From a cyanobacterium endosymbiont of Epithemia turgida isolate EtSB Lake Yunoko (GTDB lineage Bacteria; Cyanobacteriota; Cyanobacteriia; Cyanobacteriales; Microcystaceae): a stretch of DNA of 32,000 nucleotides. Positions 28,238 through 32,000 of this stretch are shown piece by piece. Position 1 is the stretch's first letter. Each line of letters begins with the position of its first letter. The notes under the pieces were generated by a model, which worked only from the letters and a program-made list of their open reading frames with translations, made no database searches and was not told where the DNA came from. Position numbers and translations under genes: made by a program. Location of the stretch: contig NZ_AP012549.1 in assembly GCF_000829235.1 (NCBI RefSeq), forward strand, positions 1,620,001-1,652,000. Direction: 5' to 3'.

Positions 28238-29056
28238 ATGAAATCCTATCTTGCTGCAGCTATTCAAATGACTAGTCAGCCTAATCTCCAAAAGAATTTA
28301 GTTGAAGCCGAAGAACTAATCGAATTGGCTGTGCGTCGGGGGGCTGAGTTAATTGGACTACCAGAAAATTTTGCATTTTTGGGTAAAGAAGAAGAAAAAT
28401 TAAAGGAAGCGAAAGTCGTTAACGAAAAATCTCAAAAATTTCTCAAGACTATGGCGCAACGCTTTCAAATTACGATTTTGGGGGGAGGCTTTCCCGTACC
28501 TGTGGAAGGAAATTCTACCAAAGCTTACAACACTGCCATCTTAGTTGATTCTTCTGGAACAGAAGTCGCTCGTTATCAAAAAGTTCATCTGTTCGATGTA
28601 GATCTTCCTGATGGCAATACATATCGCGAGTCAAGTACAGTCATGGCGGGACAAAACTTGCCTAATATCTATCCTTCTGAGCAATTTGGCAATTTAGGAC
28701 TTTCTATTTGTTACGATGTTCGCTTTCCTGAAATTTACCGTCATCTATCCCATCAGGGGGCTGATGTTATGTTTATTCCAGCCGCTTTTACCGCCTTTAC
28801 GGGCAAAGATCACTGGAAGGTATTACTTCAAGCTAGAGCTATTGAAAATACCTGTTACGTGATCGCCCCTGCTCAAACTGGAAATCATTACGAACGACGG
28901 TATACTCATGGACATGCTTGTATTGTCGATCCCTGGGGGACAATTTTGGCTGATGCGGGACAAAAAGAAGGAATAGTAATCGCAGAAATTGACCCTTTCC
29001 GTATTCAACAGGTACGTAGACAAATGCCTTCTCTGCAACATCGTGTCTTCATTTAA
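28238..29056 (+). CDS. carbon-nitrogen hydrolase family protein (Nit-like amidase/nitrilase superfamily)
   Basis: 272 aa. The contexts of the E-K-C triad are present: GLPENF, RYQKVHLFD and GLSICYDVRFPE. Confidence 0.9.
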   Translation: MKSYLAAAIQMTSQPNLQKNLVEAEELIELAVRRGAELIGLPENFAFLGKEEEKLKEAKVVNEKSQKFLKTMAQRFQITILGGGFPVPVEGNSTKAYNTAILVDSSGTEVARYQKVHLFDVDLPDGNTYRESSTVMAGQNLPNIYPSEQFGNLGLSICYDVRFPEIYRHLSHQGADVMFIPAAFTAFTGKDHWKVLLQARAIENTCYVIAPAQTGNHYERRYTHGHACIVDPWGTILADAGQKEGIVIAEIDPFRIQQVRRQMPSLQHRVFI

Positions 29057-29540
29057 TATTATTGATTAGTCCACATAAAGCAGCATAGGCAATGGCAATT
29101 GCATCTACACTATCATCAATGGGAAGTAATTCTAATCCAAATAAATGACTTACGATCTGGGCCACCTCTTTTTTGGTAGCTCGTCCGTTTCCCAAATGAC
29201 ATTTCCAACTTGATTGATGGAGAAAGATAGGCTCGATTTTTACTTCACGATAACTCACTAAATTAATCACTCCTAGAGCCTGCATTACACCACCTGCGGC
29301 TTTAATTTTACGGTCAAAATAGGGCATCTCAATAGCAATTCTATGGGGTCTAAATTCTCGGACTAACCCTACTAAATCTTGTTCAATTTCTACTAACCGT
29401 TGAGAGGTTGATAAGGTTTTTGGAGTTTCAATAATCCCATAGTCAATCAATAGAGGATGATTTGATTTTGTTTCTTGTAAAATTGCCCATCCTATAATTG
29501 CCAATCCTGGATCAATTCCTAACCAAATTAGTTCAGACAT
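29049..29540 (-). CDS. ruvC: crossover junction endodeoxyribonuclease RuvC
   Basis: 163 aa with the N-terminal catalytic block LGIDPGLAIIGWAIL, an internal IAIEMPYF and a C-terminal DDSVDAIAIAY. Its 3' end overlaps the convergent C-N hydrolase gene by 8 nt. Confidence 0.9.
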   Translation of the reverse strand: MSELIWLGIDPGLAIIGWAILQETKSNHPLLIDYGIIETPKTLSTSQRLVEIEQDLVGLVREFRPHRIAIEMPYFDRKIKAAGGVMQALGVINLVSYREVKIEPIFLHQSSWKCHLGNGRATKKEVAQIVSHLFGLELLPIDDSVDAIAIAYAALCGLINNIK

Positions 29541-31342
29541 AATTGAATAAACATGACTTTTGAGAAAAAATTCATGTTTTATTTTGATTAAAAATTAGTG
29601 TTTATTACCTTACCATCATTGAGTATTAGGGCAGCTCTTGCTCAAAAATTCTAGACTCAAGGAGTAGAGATCGCATCATCAACTTATAGCGTATATCGCT
29701 TACAGAAAATTACTGATTAAATTGATTTTTCAAAAGAAAGAATACTAATTTTTTTTAGGGGTGTTACCCAATAGTAAAACTGAAAAGAAGTAGTATCTAC
29801 TATAGAGAATAAATTTAAACATATTAATATGGCTGTTGTCAATACTTGATAGTGATTAAAAGGTAATTGAGAAGATATTTCTCTAGAAGATCATCAAAGA
29901 TGATATAATGTTGATTTATTAAAGGTCTTATAGACTATTTATGCATTCTTAGATAATTTCAAACAAACTAAAGGAAGACTAGTTATTATAAGTGCCGTAA
30001 AAAGTTATTTTTATTGTAAAAGAGATTATCCTTACAGTATAAGTAAATTTATTTTAATAACTTTATACCAAATCAGATTAAATAAATTTAATGAGAAAAT
30101 TAATTTTATATTTATTAAATAAAAAATTAACAATAACTATAAAAAACTTTAAATTTTAATATTAAAATTTATGTAATTTTTTGTAATTTTAGTAAAAATA
30201 ATTCATCAATAATATCAAAGATTTCATGATTTTTATAATTAATAACTTGAGTACATATTAATATTCGATAATCAATACGATTGAAAGTCTTGTTTTATTA
30301 AGTAGCAAAGCTTTTAGTCATATATCGCTACTAATCCGAAGATACCGAAAATAAATGATAAAAGTTTAGATAGAAAATAGTGCTTTTAACTCATAATTAA
30401 TTCGTCTTATTAAGTTAATGTATAGTCAATATTTCAAATGAATATATAGTTTTAACACATCAAGATTAGTCAGTTAAACTTAGAAAATTATAGTGTTTAC
30501 CTTGTGTAAATTTTAGAAACCAAAAGTAGTAGTTATTCCTAACTTTATTAGAGAAGTGACGATTAAAAAAGATTTAAGTAAAGACTTCCAAGTTTTAAAA
30601 GCTAAAAATTTATTGAGTAATTTAAATAAATTGTACAAAAATTATGACAGAGCAGCTAATTTTTTAAAAAAATTGTAAAGTTCGTTATTAACGACTAATT
30701 AGTTAGTTCATTGATAATAAATAATCTTGTATTTAATTTTTTTTATAAACATATAGTTGATAGTTAATGTAGTTGTAAATTTATCAATATTACTTTCTCT
30801 CTTTTTTAAAAGAACAGGAACTTTGAATGTTTTTATATACTCTATAATTCTATGTTTAATATAAAAAACATTAATTACTGAAGAATAAATAAGTTTAATT
30901 TACAATAAAAAGTACATAAATTTAAATCAAGTATAATTCATTAATTTTTAGTAAAATCATATATCATATAACAAAAAAAATTTAATTAATACTAGTTTAA
31001 GTTTGTTATATATTTTTTATAAATAATTTTAAATTACAATAAATGCTATCATCTTTATGATAGAAATCACTAAATTGTTAGGGATAAATACCAAAAATTT
31101 TTGTTTTGGGAACAAGAAGAAAAAATTCATGACACGAGAACGGCTTAAGGTCGTCATTGGTTTAGTCTGAATAAATTGTTTAGGTCTCAAGTTGAGTCTA
31201 TCTAAAGTTTTAATACACAAGTGATTGTTCTTAACAACCCTAAAAATGAGTCTGCTTAAGATGAGATGACCAAAGATTTTAAGAAATGTGATTGACTTAT
31301 TTAACTCTCAAATCAGAGAAACCCCTAACTAAACAAACATGA

Positions 31343-31577
31343 AAACTCCTTGAAGCGTTAAAAACTATTCCTCAAAACTTTGAAAAGTTTGATGAAGATT
31401 AAGGCATTTTTTTCGCAAAGGTAAGGGACGTGCTACAAGTTCGCTAAAGAATATTTAGAGATTCACTCTTTTTCCCCTATTGATATTTTCCTCATCGTGT
31501 TCCGTTATCTCTACAATAAAGGTGAGGAAATCCCTCCCCCAGTTATCAGCAAATCCAAACAATTATTATTTCAATGA
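31343..31577 (+). pseudogene. unidentified coding relic upstream of groEL
   Basis: This stretch is more GC-rich than the surrounding spacer. Fragment 1 (31343-31402) reads KLLEALKTIPQNFEKFDED*. A +1 shift then gives KAFFSQR*GTCYKFAKEYLEIHSFSPIDIFLIVFRYLYNKGEEIPPPVISKSKQLLFQ* (31401-31577). The sequence looks protein-like, but I cannot name the family. Confidence 0.3.
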
Positions 31578-31585
31578 CGGAATTG

Positions 31586-31612
31586 TTAGCACTCACTCCT
31601 ATTGAGTGCTAA
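31586..31612. promoter_or_regulatory. CIRCE operator (HrcA binding site)
   Basis: TTAGCACTC-ACTCCTATT-GAGTGCTAA is a perfect match to the CIRCE consensus TTAGCACTC-N9-GAGTGCTAA. It lies 280 nt upstream of the groEL ATG. Confidence 0.9.
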
Positions 31613-31892
31613 ATTGACATAAGTAGGGTTAAACCGTCCCGAAGAATATTCACTCAGGACAACCTTGTTAAATTCAAACTATAAAATTTGGATTTCTAAC
31701 TCTAAATCAGTTCTGAGTGTAGAGCACTGCGCATTAAAGTTAAAACATTGGCACAAGTATTGGTATAAACAAACAGCCAATTCTGTGCCCTTGGTATTTT
31801 CTAAGTAGGCGTAGCGGCATAGCTCACCTGAAGCTTTCTAAATCAGGGGAGTTGTTAGTATCAAGAGTCACCAAAATACCTAAGAAAAAATC

Positions 31893-32000
31893 ATGGCAAA
31901 AATTGTTTCATTCAGCGATGAATCGAGACGGGCATTAGAGAGAGGGGTTAATGCCCTAGCTGATGCAGTTCGCATTACATTGGGTCCCAAGGGACGTAAT
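31893..32000 (+). CDS. groEL: chaperonin GroEL (stand-alone groEL2-type, no groES upstream), N-terminal 36 codons
   Basis: Not in the track because it is open at the window edge. Translation gives [36 protein letters not shown], the canonical GroEL N-terminus. No groES reading frame lies upstream. Confidence 0.95.
   Translation, partial: MAKIVSFSDESRRALERGVNALADAVRITLGPKGRN

Noticed and set aside
28823-29041. 72-aa minus-strand ORF
   Set aside because: It is antisense to the C-N hydrolase gene.
31029-31220. 63-aa minus-strand ORF
   Set aside because: It is a low-complexity hydrophobic and basic sequence in a desert, with no supporting signals.
31614-31619. TTGACA immediately after CIRCE as a -35 box
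   Set aside because: There is no acceptable -10 hexamer at 16-18 bp spacing downstream.
1-32000. Search for tRNA, rRNA, tmRNA, CRISPR arrays, intact transposases or integrases, and multi-gene defence systems
   Set aside because: I saw no T-arm GTTCGAATC-type motifs in cloverleaf context and no rRNA-like conserved blocks. There are no regularly spaced identical direct repeats and no DDE, tyrosine or serine recombinase ORFs. The hairpins at 24.5-26 kb differ in sequence, so they do not form an array.

Overview
This is a cyanobacterial chromosomal segment. Supporting markers are ndhL, DUF3007, DUF3370, pentapeptide-repeat proteins, two HIP1 octamers (GCGATCGC), and a canonical CIRCE operator upstream of a stand-alone groEL. 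The gene content resembles unicellular Cyanothece/Crocosphaera-type cyanobacteria. I count about 21 intact-looking, mostly housekeeping genes: trpC (partial), a RelE/ParE toxin-antitoxin pair, rnz, ftsW-like SEDS, DUF3370, purK, a DegT-type aminotransferase, an MsbA-like ABC exporter, an LpxB-related protein, trpA, DUF3007, ndhL, a MalK-like ABC ATPase, an SGNH hydrolase, aroK, rpsU, a pentapeptide protein, recA, a LapA-domain protein, a C-N hydrolase, ruvC and groEL (partial). The most striking property is architectural. By my hand count only about 56% of the window is intact CDS. The genes are separated by nine very AT-rich spacers of 0.4-2.8 kb that contain no credible ORFs. Two clear pseudogenes show that at least part of this space is eroded coding sequence: a signal-peptide pentapeptide-repeat gene and an N6-adenine DNA methyltransferase relic. 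The pattern fits a genome undergoing reductive evolution, for example an obligate cyanobacterial endosymbiont such as a diatom spheroid body; this is inference only. The largest spacer (23.5-26.3 kb) also holds five long, perfect, sequence-distinct inverted repeats. I found no tRNA, rRNA, CRISPR array, intact transposase or convincing novel multi-gene system, so the findings are modest and scored accordingly.
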